DNA from: Nitrospirota bacterium
Lineage (GTDB): Bacteria > Nitrospirota > UBA9217
Assembly: GCA_963845065.1 (NCBI GenBank)
Contig: CAWJQQ010000006.1
Coordinates: forward strand, 32,001 to 96,000
Direction: 5' to 3'
Length of the DNA: 64,000 nucleotides
How positions within the stretch are numbered: position 1 is the stretch's first letter; each line of letters opens with the position of its first letter. This document shows, piece after piece, positions 61,392-64,000 of the stretch. The notes below the pieces were generated by a model. That model made no database searches. It was not told the origin of the DNA and saw nothing but the letters and a program-made list of their open reading frames with translations. A program made the position numbers and the translations under genes.

Positions 61392-63197
61392 TCATTCGAA
61401 CTCCGGCATCCTCAAGACTTCAGAACGTGATGAGAGTCCGAGCGATTCCAGGGTTTTGATGAATGGCTGTAGGTTCTCCAACGTCAGCGCAAGGGCACTG
61501 ACGCCATCTCCTGCTCCTGCAACCTGTGTGAGTTCCGAAACAAGTTTAAATAGCGTTTTCTTTTCGGGATAGACCTTCAGCCGGATCGGGGCGTTGTCGT
61601 GGAGTTTGGCAGCTTTGCGCACGAGCCGCAGTGCTGTAGTAAATCCCCCCAACTCGTCCACGAGACCCAGCCTCTTCCCGTCCTCTCCGGTCCAGATCCT
61701 CCCTCTCGCCATCCTCTCCACTGCTTCAATCGGAAGGTTCCTGCCTTGGCAGACCTTGGAGGTGAAATCCGCGTACACGCGGTCGAGCCATGCCTCCATG
61801 CGCGCCCACTGCGCGGGGGTCAGGTCCTTTGCCTGAGTCCAAGCATCGGCGTTTTTGCTTGTGTGCACTTCATCCCAGGTCACACCAAGCTTGTTCCAAA
61901 ATCCGGTAGTCACCATTTTCCCGCCGAACACTCCTATGGAGCCAGTTATCGTCGCGGGCTGGGCCACGATTTTGTCCGCAGCCATGGCCACGAAATAACC
62001 ACCCGAGCCCGCAACGCTACCCATGGATGCGACGACTGGTTTGCCTGCCTTTTTGGCCTTGACAATCTCGCGCCAGATCGTGTCCGACGCAACGTAGGAA
62101 CCGCCGGGACTGTCAATCCGGAACAGAATGGCCTTAACGGTCGTGTCCGCTACAGCTTGCCGGATTGCGGCCGCTACCGTGTCAGAGCCCATTATGAGCT
62201 CGCCCGTAGCAGGATTGTATCCGCTCTTGCCGCGTTCGATGCCGCCTACTCCATAGATTAGTGCTATGGTCGTTCCCTTTTCGTTCGGACCTCCGGCACG
62301 CTTCCGATATTCGGCAAGAGAGAGAAACTCCGCTTTCACTCCCACCTTTTCCTTGATCTTGTCGTAGACCTCGTCCCGGTATTCGAGGGCATCAACAAGC
62401 TTCTCCTCGACCGCTTCCTGTCCTATAAACGGTCCTTTGTTGATTAGCACGCGGACCTCATCTTCAGTAAGTTTCCGTGATTCTGCGATTCCTTTGACAA
62501 TCTGGCTGAACTGGGAATCCATCACTCGCGTAATTTCTTCGCGGTGCGGTGCAATATACTTCCGCTCCGTGAACATGTAGGGGAAACTTTTGTATTCTTT
62601 GCGGCCGTCGAGACGAGGGACGATGCCGAGCTTGTCAAGCGTGCCCCGGACAAAGGGCTGTTCATAAATGAGCCCGGTCAGCCCTAGGTCACCCGAGGGC
62701 TGCAGGTAGATTGCGTCGAAAGCAGTCGCAAGATAGTACGAAGAGTTTCCAGGCCCGAACTCTCCAAAAGTCTCTGCATACGCAATTGTCGGTTTGCCCG
62801 ATGTGCGGAAAGCGATAACAGCGTCCCGAATTTCCTGCACCTGCGCCAGTTTTATGTTCGATTGGCCGACCCTAGCTACAAGTCCCTTGACCCGGTCGTC
62901 TGATGCCGCTTTCTGCAGTGCTTCCACAACATCACGAAGTGTGAGCTTCTTCGCCAGCAGTACACGGCCCAGGGAATCGTCTGGCACGAATTCTACCACG
63001 CCTTGCTCAAAGTCCGCTTCCAAGACAACGCGTTTCGGCACACGATTGGCAAATAACAAGTAAAACACCCCGATAGCGATGCCGGTAATAAAAAAAATAG
63101 AGAAGATTGCCGTGCAAACGCCCCTTCTGTGCCTTCGTTCATCGCGTAGCATAGATTGGCTCCTTTTCTTGTGAAGTGGCAAACCGAGCGTTGCCAC
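61392..63197 (-). CDS. sppA: signal peptide peptidase SppA, long form
   Basis: YYLATA, EYKS, RIDSPGGS, SMGSVAGSGGY, TITGSIGV, GRIWTG; start uncertain. Confidence 0.93.
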   Translation of the reverse strand: MATLGLPLHKKRSQSMLRDERRHRRGVCTAIFSIFFITGIAIGVFYLLFANRVPKRVVLEADFEQGVVEFVPDDSLGRVLLAKKLTLRDVVEALQKAASDDRVKGLVARVGQSNIKLAQVQEIRDAVIAFRTSGKPTIAYAETFGEFGPGNSSYYLATAFDAIYLQPSGDLGLTGLIYEQPFVRGTLDKLGIVPRLDGRKEYKSFPYMFTERKYIAPHREEITRVMDSQFSQIVKGIAESRKLTEDEVRVLINKGPFIGQEAVEEKLVDALEYRDEVYDKIKEKVGVKAEFLSLAEYRKRAGGPNEKGTTIALIYGVGGIERGKSGYNPATGELIMGSDTVAAAIRQAVADTTVKAILFRIDSPGGSYVASDTIWREIVKAKKAGKPVVASMGSVAGSGGYFVAMAADKIVAQPATITGSIGVFGGKMVTTGFWNKLGVTWDEVHTSKNADAWTQAKDLTPAQWARMEAWLDRVYADFTSKVCQGRNLPIEAVERMARGRIWTGEDGKRLGLVDELGGFTTALRLVRKAAKLHDNAPIRLKVYPEKKTLFKLVSELTQVAGAGDGVSALALTLENLQPFIKTLESLGLSSRSEVLRMPEFE

Positions 63198-63320
63198 AGC
63201 TTTCGTTAGTTCTTGTTGGTATATTCATCTAGTCGCTTTTTTCGGTTGAAGCACCTGACGATATCCTAAAAGATAGTACAAGAGTGTCTATATTACAAGT
63301 TCAAATGATGATGCTTTTGC

Positions 63321-64000
63321 TCACGACTTTCGAAGCGATTCACACCATCCCTCAATTATCGTCCTCATTTCTACGGGCCTCTCGGTCGGTATCCAGTGGT
63401 GCGAATCGAGCACAACAGTCGTGCATTTCTCAAGCATCTTACAGAGTTCCCGTGCAATGGTTGGATCGCTGAACACCTTCCCTGTAGAAAACATGAGCAG
63501 CATAGGCCTTCTGATATCAAGAAGAGAGGGAAGTGGCCGGCTGAGCTCACGCAAGCTCTGGAGATAGGCTGTCGTCGGCAGAAACTTCAAATCATGACAG
63601 ATCGATGCGTAGCGTTTCGTGATTGCATCGGCTTTCCCTTGTGATCTCATCAATTCACGCATTTCCCTGTCCAGTTCGCGGAGGTCCAAATGCGGCAGAC
63701 GCCGGCGGTAGAGACCCACACGATTCAGCAGTCCAAGGGTCGCGATGATTGGTGACAGTAAAATAGTATAGGGCTGGATCTTTTTTAAAGCACCAGCAAA
63801 GGAGCGGGGAAAGAGCGGCTCGATCAGCACCAGACCTTCTGTTCTGTCTGAATGACGAATCGCAAAATGGAGCGCTAAGTTAGCGCCCAGGCAGTGGCCC
63901 ACGAGGACGGCGCGGGAATAGCCTTCGGCAGCGAGAATGGCGACAAGATCATCGCACCACGTTTCCATGGTGATAGGGCCTCGAAAGACCGATCTACCGT
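63321..64000 (-). CDS. alpha/beta hydrolase, 5' end outside the window
   Basis: open to the edge (GRS..), VLVGHCLGANLA elbow, LVLIEP, SHHWIP. Confidence 0.85.
   Translation of the reverse strand, partial: GRSVFRGPITMETWCDDLVAILAAEGYSRAVLVGHCLGANLALHFAIRHSDRTEGLVLIEPLFPRSFAGALKKIQPYTILLSPIIATLGLLNRVGLYRRRLPHLDLRELDREMRELMRSQGKADAITKRYASICHDLKFLPTTAYLQSLRELSRPLPSLLDIRRPMLLMFSTGKVFSDPTIARELCKMLEKCTTVVLDSHHWIPTERPVEMRTIIEGWCESLRKS

Noticed and set aside
1282..62261. Long antisense or overlapping ORFs in the track (e.g. 1282-1938, 3040-3672, 17759-18385, 42297-43001, 49500-50105, 61599-62261)
   Set aside because: They shadow well-supported genes on the other strand and show no motifs
1..64000. 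CRISPR array, rRNA, tRNA, prophage or defence genes
   Set aside because: No repeat-spacer periodicity or recognisable genes seen; polX and yajD are common chromosomal genes

Overview
Bacterial chromosomal window of moderate GC; the gene content suggests an anaerobic or microaerobic Nitrospirota- or Desulfobacterota-like organism (inference, no database check). The first 22 kb form a C4-dicarboxylate/anaplerotic cluster: gdh, ACT-malic enzyme, fumC, sdhCAB, pckG and a two-subunit biotin carboxylase/carboxyltransferase, plus an FMN reductase, acuB, polX and an unannotated 577-aa tandem kinase/pseudokinase-like protein. The middle holds housekeeping genes (tal, glcF-like, purH, S1, rimO, ffh-rpsP-rimM-trmD-rplS-rnhB). 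The right part has dusB, yajD, uup, arfB, rsmE, an AKR, greB, a His-less sensor kinase, an Rsm22-like methyltransferase, an AsmA-like protein and sppA. Mobile DNA comprises two tnpA-less IS200/IS605 tnpB elements (one decayed, one with a single A7 frameshift), a ~128-bp protein-free IS605-like mini element inside the sdh operon with the same TTTAA target motif, and a complete IS1380 with TIRs and a TACTA duplication. Many intergenic gaps are gene relics (SRPBCC, multiheme cytochrome, hemerythrin, anion transporter, yraN, histidine kinase), and degenerate 7-mer tandem tracts mark operon junctions. No rRNA, tRNA or CRISPR array was seen. All family calls are motif recognition by eye.
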